Virus record (IMG/VR): IMGVR_UViG_3300036783_000220
Location: 1 to 24,063 of that record
Length of the DNA stretch: 24,063 nucleotides
DNA from: a virus
Taxonomy: Duplodnaviria; Caudoviricetes
Reading direction: 5' to 3' (one strand)
Shown here: positions 1 through 8,077 of the stretch, one piece after another
Numbering within the stretch: the first letter of the stretch is position 1
How the letters are laid out: the number at the start of each line of letters is the position of its first letter
Position numbers and translations under genes: made by a program
The notes under the pieces: model-generated
Told to the model about the DNA's origin: nothing
The model's database searches: none
The model's input: the letters and a program-made list of their open reading frames with translations, nothing else

Positions 1-74
1 GACCAGTCCACGGCGTTCGCCACGGCCGGCCTGATCACGGCGGCGTGGACCACGCCGGTCGCGGGCGCGACGCC
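1..74. repeat. Terminal direct repeat, left copy (identical to 23990-24063)
   Basis: gaccagtccacggcg...gcgggcgcgacgcc matches the last 74 bases of the window base for base. Confidence 0.97.
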
Positions 75-300
75 AGGCGTCTACTACGTCGGCGTGCTGT
101 GCAACGGCGGCACCGCGGTGACGCTCGCCTCGGGCACCACTCTCAAGCCGGCCAACGTGTCCTTGGGCAACGCCGGTCTGACCACCGCGACCAGCCGCTT
201 CCTCACCTCCGGCACGAGCCAGACGGTGACGCCGAGCTCGGTGACGCTGAGCAGCGCCTCGGGCAACATCGCCGCGACCATCTGGGCCGCGATCAGCTGA
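1..300 (+). CDS. C-terminal part of a beta-rich virion-associated protein; 5'-truncated and continuous with 23939-24063 across the circular join
   Basis: Frame 1 is open from base 1: DQSTAFATAGLITAAWTTPVAGATPGVYYVGVLCNGG...IWAAIS*. Third codon positions are strongly G/C. The T/S/G/A-rich composition resembles C-terminal domains of actinophage virion proteins. Confidence 0.7.
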   Translation, partial: DQSTAFATAGLITAAWTTPVAGATPGVYYVGVLCNGGTAVTLASGTTLKPANVSLGNAGLTTATSRFLTSGTSQTVTPSSVTLSSASGNIAATIWAAIS

Positions 301-315
301 CAGGCGGTGGCCGCG

Positions 316-549
316 ATGGCAGCGGAGAAGGCTCGCATCCGCCAGGCGGGCGGCCAGTGGGTCTGCACGCGGCCGGCGTTCGGCTTCGGCAGCAGCCACG
401 TCCGGATCTTCCGGTCGTGGCGGTCCGCAATGGACTGGGCCACGACGCCCACGGCGGGGACGGTGGCCTGCGCTGATCTGCAGCTGGCCGGGCAGGCCAG
501 CGACGCGATCAGCGCGATTCCGGTGTGGACACCGCTGACCTTCCAGTGA
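316..549 (+). CDS. Hypothetical protein
   Basis: Fills the gap between neighbouring genes in operon orientation. Start is ATG 316 (or GTG 307) after aggcggtgg. Confidence 0.5.
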   Translation: MAAEKARIRQAGGQWVCTRPAFGFGSSHVRIFRSWRSAMDWATTPTAGTVACADLQLAGQASDAISAIPVWTPLTFQ

Positions 550-605
550 ATTCCCGGGCGACCTGGGTCATGGTCGTGAACTCCGTGATGGAGAGGCAGG
601 GCGTG

Positions 606-923
606 ATGCCCAAGACACAGATCAACCACCCGCGCGAGAACAAGGTGTACACCGGCGACTCCGACGCGCCGACCACCTGCGAAACGACGATGGACCCGAT
701 CCTCAACGTCAACTGGCGCAACAGCGTAGAGGGCGCTGGGCATGTCCAGTTGAGCCTCGACGTGTCTCTGCCCTATGTGCGCACGGCGCTGGAGGAGCCC
801 AACGGCCTCATGGTGATCGGATCGACGCTGCTGTTCACGCCGGTACTGGACCGGTCCGAAATCAACACGCTGATCCGCGCGCTGCGCAAGGCCCGCGACG
901 CCGCCTACGGGGCCGACGCGTAG
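606..923 (+). CDS. Conserved-looking actinophage hypothetical protein
   Basis: SD-like gagagg upstream of GTG603/ATG606. The C-terminal LDRSEINTLIRALRKARDAAYGADA helix resembles a motif I recall from small actinophage proteins. Confidence 0.7.
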   Translation: MPKTQINHPRENKVYTGDSDAPTTCETTMDPILNVNWRNSVEGAGHVQLSLDVSLPYVRTALEEPNGLMVIGSTLLFTPVLDRSEINTLIRALRKARDAAYGADA

Positions 924-938
924 GGGAGAGGCGGGGCC

Positions 939-1931
939 GTGCGCGACATCGCCCCATATGTCCGCACGGCATATGCGCAGGGATGGGCCGCGTCCGGCGG
1001 CCCAATGACGGAGCGTGTCAAAGCGGGCTGTGTCGCGGCGGTGCGGATGGCGATCGAGCACGCGCACGACCCGAACATCCTGGAAGTGACCCTCAAACTC
1101 GGCCAGCTGGAGGGCACCTGGGCGTTGGTCTATGACCGACGGGAGCAGGTCTACGACGCCCACATCAGCGCGATCGCGGCCCTCTGGCGACGGACCGCGT
1201 TGCGGGTCGACCTCCAGCTGGCCGTCCGTCGCTACCGAGACTCTCTCGGATTGAGCACGGAGGTCGCCGGCGACGACGACCACCGGCAGATGGCCGCGCG
1301 GGCGGCGGCCGCGGCGGTGGTGGCGACGATCGCCGGCCAGGACTCCCATCCTGCCGATCGGGACGAACTGATCGCCGCGATCGTCGCCGCCCTGCGCGCC
1401 GGCTACGCCGAGGGCATCGCCGGCGCGCTTGCGGTGTCCGCCGAGGAGGACGACGTCGGGGACTTCGACGTCGACGCCGCCTACGACATCGCACTGGGCC
1501 AGGTCGGCGACGACCAGCGGTTTTACCACGAGGCCGTGTCGCTGCTGGACAAGTTGCAGGAGGCCATCGCCAAGCAGCTGGTCAAGCTCCTGGTCGGCAG
1601 CGACAACCTCGACTTCGACGAGGTCATGGACCGGGCCCGCCAGGTTATCGGCGCCACCGGTGTGGCCGCCGCGCTGGCGGTGCTGCTCGACTTCGCGATC
1701 GGCGCGATGGTCACCGCCGGCATCCTCGCGCTGTACGGCCGCTACCGCGTCGAGGAAGTGGCGTTCCTCAGTGCGGGCGACGACAAGGTCTGCGCCGTCT
1801 GCGAGGACGCCGAGAACTCCGGCCCCTATCGCCGCGACGAGGCCCCGGAACCTCCGCTGCACCCGCGCTGCCGCTGCGTGCTGGTCGCCACCGGCGCCCT
1901 CCCGGATCGCGCCTACACCGACTTCCAGTGA
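939..1931 (+). CDS. Phage head morphogenesis / minor capsid protein (SPP1 gp7, Mu gpF family)
   Basis: C-terminal DDKVCAVC...PEPPLHPRCRC signature. SD ggggagagg. Lies upstream of the protease and capsid genes. Confidence 0.88.
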   Translation: MRDIAPYVRTAYAQGWAASGGPMTERVKAGCVAAVRMAIEHAHDPNILEVTLKLGQLEGTWALVYDRREQVYDAHISAIAALWRRTALRVDLQLAVRRYRDSLGLSTEVAGDDDHRQMAARAAAAAVVATIAGQDSHPADRDELIAAIVAALRAGYAEGIAGALAVSAEEDDVGDFDVDAAYDIALGQVGDDQRFYHEAVSLLDKLQEAIAKQLVKLLVGSDNLDFDEVMDRARQVIGATGVAAALAVLLDFAIGAMVTAGILALYGRYRVEEVAFLSAGDDKVCAVCEDAENSGPYRRDEAPEPPLHPRCRCVLVATGALPDRAYTDFQ

Positions 1932-1937
1932 GGAGCC

Positions 1938-2267
1938 ATGGCGACCTACCCCCTCATTCAGATCGTGGACGGCAACGGTAACCCGACCACCGGTGCGGCG
2001 AGCACCGCCGCGGTGGCGGTGAACGGCGGCACCGTGGTGGTGAAGGCGTCGGCCGGCAGGCTGAACAAGGTCCTCGTCACCACCGCGGCCTCCACGGGCG
2101 TGCTGACGATCTACGACAACGCGAGCGCGGCGTCGGGCACCGTGCTCGCCGTCGTGCCGGCCAGCACCACCGCCGGCACCCTCTACAGCCTGGACATGCC
2201 GGCCACCAACGGCATCACCGTGTCCGCCCCGGCGTCCTGCGCCGCCGTGACCATCTCCTACACGTGA
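1938..2267 (+). CDS. Small beta-rich virion protein (possible head decoration or spike)
   Basis: Strong SD gaggag. 109 aa, T/A/G/V-rich, with a VKASAGRLNKVLVTT...IYDNASAASG pattern. Sits in the head module. Confidence 0.7.
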   Translation: MATYPLIQIVDGNGNPTTGAASTAAVAVNGGTVVVKASAGRLNKVLVTTAASTGVLTIYDNASAASGTVLAVVPASTTAGTLYSLDMPATNGITVSAPASCAAVTISYT

Positions 2268-2274
2268 GGCCGCC

Positions 2275-2523
2275 GTGCTGGAGACGCGCCTGATCCGCCA
2301 GGTGCGGACCCGCCAAGAAGCCGACGCCGCGGACGAGCTGGTCGAGATCGTCGCCGACCGGGTCGCCGAACAGCTGCCCGAGCTCCTGCTCGCCGCGCTC
2401 GCGCGGCCCGAGGTTCGCGCCGCCCTGCTCGCCCTCGTCGCCACCGAACGACGCACTGCCCCCGTCCCACCACCACCGCCGGCCGCGCGCCGGTCCGCCG
2501 CGAGGGGAGCGCGCCGTGTCTGA
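2275..2523 (+). CDS. Hypothetical helical protein
   Basis: gagg SD before GTG. Overlaps the protease start by 8 nt. Typical codon bias. Confidence 0.6.
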   Translation: MLETRLIRQVRTRQEADAADELVEIVADRVAEQLPELLLAALARPEVRAALLALVATERRTAPVPPPPPAARRSAARGARRV

Positions 2524-4474
2524 CCGTCCCATCGCGACAGTTACCGGCACCATGCTCGTGCCCGGCGTCTCCCGCAACCTGCGGCTGTACACCAAGGACG
2601 TCATCGCCAAGGCCGTCAACCGTATGCAAGCCCGCATCGCCGACCCGGCGGGGCTGCCGATCGTCATGCGCACTCACCATGAAGCCGGCGACAACTCGGC
2701 CAGCATCGTCGGCCGGCTTACCGCCGTGTCGCTGGACGAGGACGGCAGCGCCCGCTACGGCGCGCTGATCTACGACACCCAGGCCGGGCGGGACATCGCC
2801 GCGCTGATCACCCCGAAGCAGCCGGCGTTGCGGTCGGTGTCCATCCACGGCTACTGGCTCGGGCCGCTCAAGCGGGTCAAGCACAACGGGGAGTCCGTCA
2901 CCACCGGCGACGACCTGGAGATCGACGCCGTGGACTGGACCGCCACCCCGGGTGTTGTCGACGCCACGGTGCACACCGCCGCGTGGCTGCCCACGCCGCA
3001 GCACGCCGAGTCCACCGAGTCCGCGATGCCGGCACGCACCCCCATCAGCGAAGCCGTGGAGGCAACCATCACCGCGATCGACGAGGCCGTGGTCGACGCC
3101 GACGAGACGGCGTGGAACGCCTTCGTCGACGAGGCCTACAGCCAGAAGCAGAAGGACCAGATGGTCGGGTCCGGGGCGATGCGCAACGCCAAGGGCAACG
3201 GCAGCTACCCGATCAAGAGCAAGGCTGACCTGCGCAAGGCCATCAAGGCGGTCGGCCGCGGCGGCGCCAACCACAATGCGATCCGTCGTCACATCATCGC
3301 CCGGGCCAAGGCGCTGGGGTTGAGCGCGATGATCCCGTCCAACTGGGCGCCCGACGGGTCCATGAAGGAGTCGACGACCCGGTTCGGCGCGATCACCGAG
3401 TATATGGGCGATTTCGCCGACAGCGCCGCAAGTTTCTGCATCGACGCCTGCAACGGCCCGATCAGCATCACGCTGCGCGGCTGCGGCGTCGACCCGGCCG
3501 AGCTGCGCGTCATCGCCGCCGCCGCCATGGACGCCGCCTGCGACGCACTGTCCGCACTAGACCCTGACATGGACGGCGACATCGACCTGGACGGCGCGCC
3601 CCACGCCGACACCGACGGCCCCGGCGAGTCCGCGTCGCCAATGGCGACTGGAGGGGTGATGACGCTCAACGCCATGCGTGAGGCCATTGGCGAGCCCGCG
3701 CCCACCGGCGGCGACGTGAAGGTGACGATGTCGTCGAGTCCGGTGCCGTTCAGCAACATTGCCCCAGGCGCCGCCGCGGTCGGCCACACCATCACCTACT
3801 CCGCCGGTGGCCTGGCGGCCGCCACTGACAACGTCCCCGTCGAGAACGGGGAGAACGCACGCACCGACATCGAGGAGGTGCCCGCCGTGAGCGAGGCAAC
3901 CAGCACCACCGAGGCGGCCGAGACCACGGCGCAGCCCGCCGCGCAGCCTGCGCGCACCCTGACCGACGCCGACATCACGGCGCTCGGCACTGTTTTCGCG
4001 GCCGCTCTCGCCGAGCACGCCGCGACGATCTCGACCGTCCCCGCGGCCGAGACCACCAGCACCACCCCGGTCCAGACCACCAGCACCAATGCTGAGCAGG
4101 TCGCCCCCGTTGCCGCCGAGACGCAGAAGGCGGACGGCGCGGTGATCGAGAAGGCGTTGCAGGAGAGGGCCACCCAGATCGAGGCCGATCTGAAGACCAA
4201 GTTCGAAGCCGACTTCGTCGCCCGCGAGAAGGCGCTGCGCGAGAACGTGATCGCGCAGGTGCGCGAGGAGATGCTGCGTAACAACGGCACTCCGCGTCGC
4301 GCTGGCTACCGCGTGCACGAGAACGAGCAGCAGCTGCCGGATGTCGAGTCGCTGTGGGAGGACCGCACCAGCGTTCTGCTGGGCGACTTCGGTCGCACTC
4401 CGGTCCCGCAGCCGGGCACCGGCTACGCGCCGGCGCCGACGCCGACACAGCCTGAGGTTCAGCCGGCCCAGTAA
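2516..4474 (+). CDS. Prohead maturation protease (T4 gp21-like) fused to scaffolding region
   Basis: N-terminal SRNLRLY, THH, DTQAGRD, SVSIHG and DWTATPG motifs match the T4 gp21-type pattern. The C-terminus is low-complexity and coiled-coil. SD gaggggag. Directly upstream of the capsid gene. Confidence 0.8.
   Translation: MSDRPIATVTGTMLVPGVSRNLRLYTKDVIAKAVNRMQARIADPAGLPIVMRTHHEAGDNSASIVGRLTAVSLDEDGSARYGALIYDTQAGRDIAALITPKQPALRSVSIHGYWLGPLKRVKHNGESVTTGDDLEIDAVDWTATPGVVDATVHTAAWLPTPQHAESTESAMPARTPISEAVEATITAIDEAVVDADETAWNAFVDEAYSQKQKDQMVGSGAMRNAKGNGSYPIKSKADLRKAIKAVGRGGANHNAIRRHIIARAKALGLSAMIPSNWAPDGSMKESTTRFGAITEYMGDFADSAASFCIDACNGPISITLRGCGVDPAELRVIAAAAMDAACDALSALDPDMDGDIDLDGAPHADTDGPGESASPMATGGVMTLNAMREAIGEPAPTGGDVKVTMSSSPVPFSNIAPGAAAVGHTITYSAGGLAAATDNVPVENGENARTDIEEVPAVSEATSTTEAAETTAQPAAQPARTLTDADITALGTVFAAALAEHAATISTVPAAETTSTTPVQTTSTNAEQVAPVAAETQKADGAVIEKALQERATQIEADLKTKFEADFVAREKALRENVIAQVREEMLRNNGTPRRAGYRVHENEQQLPDVESLWEDRTSVLLGDFGRTPVPQPGTGYAPAPTPTQPEVQPAQ
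3887..4474 (+). CDS. Putative nested in-frame scaffolding protein (internal start)
   Basis: GAGGAGG at 3872-3878 lies 8 nt before an in-frame GTG at 3887. The downstream 195 aa are A/T/E-rich with a coiled coil. Confidence 0.6.
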   Translation: MSEATSTTEAAETTAQPAAQPARTLTDADITALGTVFAAALAEHAATISTVPAAETTSTTPVQTTSTNAEQVAPVAAETQKADGAVIEKALQERATQIEADLKTKFEADFVAREKALRENVIAQVREEMLRNNGTPRRAGYRVHENEQQLPDVESLWEDRTSVLLGDFGRTPVPQPGTGYAPAPTPTQPEVQPAQ

Positions 4475-4504
4475 CTGTCCACTTCAGACGGCCACTCCCT
4501 TTCC

Positions 4505-4542
4505 AGCCCCGCCAGTGCGCATTCGTGCACAGCGGGGCTTTT
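4505..4542 (+). terminator. Stem-loop with T-tract upstream of the major capsid gene
   Basis: AGCCCCGC (4505-4512) pairs with GCGGGGCT (4532-4539). Inner helix gtgcgc/gtgcac. Ends in TTTT. Confidence 0.6.
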
Positions 4543-4564
4543 GCATGCCCAGAGAGGGGCTCAC

Positions 4565-5920
4565 ATGCCCACCGAGCTTGAGGAGGCGTTGACCACCGCT
4601 GGTACGGTCACGCCCCTTATCCCGAAGGCGATCGATCCGGTTCTGCTGGAATACCAGCGCCGGTACTCCCCACTGCTGGCCGCGATTCCGACCAAGCAGT
4701 GGAACAGCACTCAGTATTTCTTCAACCGCCGTGTGACCAGGCCGGACTCCGGTGGCGTCATCGACGGTGGCGCACGGCCGATCGGTAACTCCACTTACGA
4801 GCAGGCCGTTTTCAACATTCGGCTGTACCAGGCAGTGGGATCCGTTACGGGCTTCGCCCAGACCGTTACGAGGGATCTCGCGGGCGACCTGCGCCAGCTG
4901 GAGCTCGACGGCACCGTCCAGTCCATGCTGTGGACCCTGGAGAATTCTTTCATCTGGGGTTCGGACCCGGCGACCGCGTCGGGCCAGTACCCGATGTCCT
5001 CGGGCCTGGACTACCTGGTGTCCAACTGGACCGCTGGCACCGGGTCCAACGCGTATCAGAACGCGCAGGACATCAACGGCAATTTCCAGCTCAAGCATCT
5101 GGACGAGGTCATCGACCTGGTCGAGACCAACGCGGCGATGCCGATCGGCTCGAACTATATGTTCGTGATGAGCCCTCGCATGGCGGCGGCGGTGAGCCAG
5201 TCGCTGGTGGCGCAGCAGCGTTTCCAGGCTCCGGAGACCAATCTCGGCGCCGGCCTCAACGTGCCGACGTATCGTGATGTGCCGCTGGTGAAGTCCAGCT
5301 TCCTGTCGCCGCGCGGCAACTCGATGGGCGCGGTGACCACCGCGACCGCCACCACCGGCGGCACGCTGGCGGCGGCGACCTACAGCTACCAGGTGTCCGC
5401 GGTCATCGCCCGGTTCGGCGAGATCCTGGCTTCCACCGAGGTGCAGCAGGTCACGTCCGGCTCGACCTCGACGGTGACGCTGACCGTGGCCGCGCCGAGC
5501 AACATGCCTGATGGCGCGTCGCCGATCTTGTACAAGGTCTACCGCGCAACGTCTTCGGGCGCGGAGACCCTGATCGGTGTGGTCGACGCGTTCGACACCA
5601 CCGGCACCGCGGTCACCAGCGTCATCGACACCGGCACCAACCTGCTGACCAACAGCTCGGGCAACACCGGGCCGGCGGCCTACGTCGGCACCAACGCCGG
5701 CGCCAAGCCGAGGTCGACGGGGCAGGAGGACTTCTACCTGATCCCGCGTGACCCGGCGTTCCTGGTGCGGCCCTTCACCCGGGACATGAGGATCTTGCCG
5801 CTGGCGCCGACCGTCACCGCGCCCGACACCTTGCCGTTCGCGGTGCTCACGGACACCTGCCTCGCGGTGCGCGCCCCGAAGTACGTGGCGCGGGGGAGTC
5901 GGGTCGTGGCCAACATCTGA
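4565..5920 (+). CDS. Major capsid protein (HK97 fold) with inserted beta-sandwich domain
   Basis: 451 aa, positioned after the protease/scaffold. The segment SPLL...QYFFNRR...QAVGSVTGFAQ...ENSFIWG follows the HK97-fold pattern. SD gagagggg before ATG 4565. Confidence 0.85.
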   Translation: MPTELEEALTTAGTVTPLIPKAIDPVLLEYQRRYSPLLAAIPTKQWNSTQYFFNRRVTRPDSGGVIDGGARPIGNSTYEQAVFNIRLYQAVGSVTGFAQTVTRDLAGDLRQLELDGTVQSMLWTLENSFIWGSDPATASGQYPMSSGLDYLVSNWTAGTGSNAYQNAQDINGNFQLKHLDEVIDLVETNAAMPIGSNYMFVMSPRMAAAVSQSLVAQQRFQAPETNLGAGLNVPTYRDVPLVKSSFLSPRGNSMGAVTTATATTGGTLAAATYSYQVSAVIARFGEILASTEVQQVTSGSTSTVTLTVAAPSNMPDGASPILYKVYRATSSGAETLIGVVDAFDTTGTAVTSVIDTGTNLLTNSSGNTGPAAYVGTNAGAKPRSTGQEDFYLIPRDPAFLVRPFTRDMRILPLAPTVTAPDTLPFAVLTDTCLAVRAPKYVARGSRVVANI

Positions 5921-5939
5921 CCGGAAACGGTTGCGTGAC

Positions 5940-5981
5940 CGAGGAGTCCGCCCTGCCAGGCGGTCCAGGGCGGACTCCTCG
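5940..5981 (+). terminator. 16-bp perfect stem-loop after the capsid gene (terminator or mRNA stabiliser)
   Basis: cgaggagtccgccctg (5940-5955) and cagggcggactcctcg (5966-5981), 10-nt loop, no T-tract. Confidence 0.7.
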
Positions 5982-6013
5982 CCCCGTTGCACACCCCAAC
6001 ACTGGAGGGACAT

Positions 6014-6280
6014 GTGGTCTGGCTGAAGAAGGCGCATGCCGGCGCTGCTCCCGGCTACACCTGGGAGAACGACGGCGACGTCCTGGATGTGGACGAGGAG
6101 CTGGCGCTGGAGCTGCTGGAGCGGCCCGGCGGCGAGTTCAGCGAGGGCGAGCCGCCGGAGGACGCCGGGAACGATGGCGCCGACGGTGACGGTGATGCCG
6201 GTGATGGCGACGTCGAACCGGACGTCGACAGCGCGGAGACCAAGAAGCCCAGCCGTAGGCGTACCAAGGTGTCCGAGTAG
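6014..6280 (+). CDS. Small acidic hypothetical protein with basic tail
   Basis: SD ggaggg before GTG 6014. Typical small gene between capsid and adaptor. Confidence 0.7.
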   Translation: MVWLKKAHAGAAPGYTWENDGDVLDVDEELALELLERPGGEFSEGEPPEDAGNDGADGDGDAGDGDVEPDVDSAETKKPSRRRTKVSE

Positions 6281-6291
6281 GGGAGTGACCC

Positions 6292-6954
6292 GTGGCCGTC
6301 GACACGCCCACCCCGCTTGCGACGGCGGCTCAGTTTCAGGAAGGCCCCTTCGCCAACCTGGTGTCCGGGTTCCCAGTCACCACAATCACCAACATCATGC
6401 TGACCGCGACCCGCAACTGCGAGTCGGCCTGCGACCGGCGGCTGGCTCCGTTCACCGGCCTGATCGAGACGCAGCGGGCCGAGGCCCTGGACGTCGAGGA
6501 CGCCCTGGACGCCTACGTTCCGCTCGACCCGACCTCGCAGCTGGGGTTCTCGCGGGCGCAGTCGCTGGGTTCCACGCTGTTGGTGAGGCACTTCTGGACG
6601 CGGGAGCACCCGCCGCGCTATCCGGATCTGTGGGCCGGGGCCATCTCGGCGATCAGCTTGTACCGCAGCTATTCCGGCTCGCAGATCATCGACATGAGCA
6701 CCATGCAGTACGAGCCGGACACCGGGCATGCCCGGTTTCAGTTGGGCACGTTCGTGCCGCCGGGCACCACGATCCAGGTGACCTACTCCGGTGGCTACCA
6801 GACGGTGCCGGCGGACCTGGTCGAGGCCTGCCGGTTCATGGCGGCGTCGATCGTGGTGAAGCAGCTCGACCCGGTCGACGGTCGGTCGACGCGCGATCCG
6901 GACGCGTTGCGGGCCGAGGCGATCGCCATGTTGGGCCCGTACGCGCGGCGGTAG
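6292..6954 (+). CDS. Head-tail connector / adaptor (SPP1 gp15, HK97 gp6-like)
   Basis: Motifs ATRNCESACDRRL, IQVTYSGGY...VPADLVEAC and C-terminal LGPYARR, plus position after the capsid gene. Confidence 0.8.
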   Translation: MAVDTPTPLATAAQFQEGPFANLVSGFPVTTITNIMLTATRNCESACDRRLAPFTGLIETQRAEALDVEDALDAYVPLDPTSQLGFSRAQSLGSTLLVRHFWTREHPPRYPDLWAGAISAISLYRSYSGSQIIDMSTMQYEPDTGHARFQLGTFVPPGTTIQVTYSGGYQTVPADLVEACRFMAASIVVKQLDPVDGRSTRDPDALRAEAIAMLGPYARR

Positions 6955-6966
6955 GGGCGGTGGGCG

Positions 6967-7569
6967 ATGGCGCTGTGGAAGCTGAAGCTGCCGTCGTCCT
7001 ACTACGCCTTCAAGAAGAAGGCGAAGAAGGCAGCGAAGAGGAAGTCGTCACGACATCCACACAAGGGCCATCCGATCAGCGCGTCGACGCGGCGGAAGAT
7101 CTCGGCGGCGCTGAAGGGCAAGAAGCACAAGGGCCACCCGGTCAGTGCGGCCACCCGCGCGAAAATCTCCGCCGCCCTGAAGGGCAAGTCGCACCCCGGG
7201 CATTCGCCGTCGGCCGCGACGCGGGCGAAAATCTCGGCGGCGCTGAAGAGGGCCACGCACAAGGCGCACGCCATGTCCGCGGCGACGCGGGCGAAGCTGT
7301 CGGCAGCCGCGTCGGCGCGGGACCGGGCCTTGGCCAAGCAGCACCTGTCGGCCGGGACGGCGATCGTGCGGAAGCCGGCCAAGCCGGTGCTGCCGTGGCG
7401 CAACCCGATCCGCCGCGCGCGGTACCGCCTGATCACGGCCAACGCCCGGCATCATCCGCTGCCGGCGCTGCTGCGGCGCAAACGCAAGCGGCGCCGCAAC
7501 CTGAGTCTGCACCTGCGTGTCCGTTACCACCGTGTGTGGCAACCCAAGGGTCGGCGGCGGAGGAGGTGA
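6967..7569 (+). CDS. Extremely basic protein with four NUMOD3-like repeats; putative nucleic-acid binding
   Basis: About 59 K/R and one acidic residue in 200 aa (hand count). Fills the gap between adaptor and tail terminator with good codon bias. Confidence 0.8.
   Translation: MALWKLKLPSSYYAFKKKAKKAAKRKSSRHPHKGHPISASTRRKISAALKGKKHKGHPVSAATRAKISAALKGKSHPGHSPSAATRAKISAALKRATHKAHAMSAATRAKLSAAASARDRALAKQHLSAGTAIVRKPAKPVLPWRNPIRRARYRLITANARHHPLPALLRRKRKRRRNLSLHLRVRYHRVWQPKGRRRRR
7060..7323 (+). repeat. Four tandem 66-nt (22-aa) degenerate coding repeats
   Basis: HKGHPISASTRRKISAALKGKK / HKGHPVSAATRAKISAALKGKS / HPGHSPSAATRAKISAALKRAT / HKAHAMSAATRAKLSAAASARD. Confidence 0.9.
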
Positions 7570-7573
7570 ACTC

Positions 7574-8062
7574 ATGAGTACAGCGGACGCGGTGGATCGG
7601 GAAGTGGCGTGGCTGCAGGCCTACGGCGACGGCCTGCCGGCGCTGCTGGCCACCGCCGGTGGCCCGTTCGGTGTGGTGCAGGGGTACTGGCCGCGAACCC
7701 CGGGCAAGCGCACCGCCGGGCAGCTGTATGTGATGCGCGAGTCGCTGACCGAGCGGCGACTGTCCAACCAGAAGCGCATGGCGTCCTACGACTTCGTGCT
7801 GAAGCTGGTGTGGCCCATCGCGTCGGGCTCCGGTAATGCCGAGTCGGAGCAGCGCAACTTCGACGCAGCGATCGACCTGGTGCTGCTGCGCATCGGCGGC
7901 TACCTGGGGGACAAGACGCACGGCGGCCGGTTCCTGTCGGTGGCCGAGGTGCCGAAGTGGGTGGCCATTCGCTTCGAGGACCCGCAGGCCACGTTCCCCA
8001 GCGAGGCGGAGTTCCGGGCGCAGATCCACTACTCGGCCGACGACTTCGAGATCAGCGGCTAA
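7574..8062 (+). CDS. Putative tail terminator / tail completion protein
   Basis: Strong SD aggaggtg. 162 aa alpha/beta protein ending in beta strands, shortly upstream of the tail tube. Function inferred from position. Confidence 0.65.
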   Translation: MSTADAVDREVAWLQAYGDGLPALLATAGGPFGVVQGYWPRTPGKRTAGQLYVMRESLTERRLSNQKRMASYDFVLKLVWPIASGSGNAESEQRNFDAAIDLVLLRIGGYLGDKTHGGRFLSVAEVPKWVAIRFEDPQATFPSEAEFRAQIHYSADDFEISG

Positions 8063-8077
8063 CCAGCCACCCGTTCC

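Noticed and set aside
1-74. Terminal repeat as a biological phage DTR or att core
   Set aside because: It lies mid-gene with the frame continuous across it, which is what an assembler overlap on a circular path looks like.
84-2456. 790-aa minus-strand ORF
   Set aside because: Antisense shadow of several well-supported + genes. Long stop-free antisense frames are expected in high-GC coding DNA, and it has no motifs.
7060-7323. Possible CRISPR array or intact homing endonuclease
   Set aside because: The repeats are degenerate, in-frame coding units without spacers, and no GIY-YIG or HNH motif is present in the ORF.
6036-7577. 513-aa + strand ORF spanning the adaptor and basic protein genes
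   Set aside because: Alternative frame of better-supported genes, with poor codon pattern.
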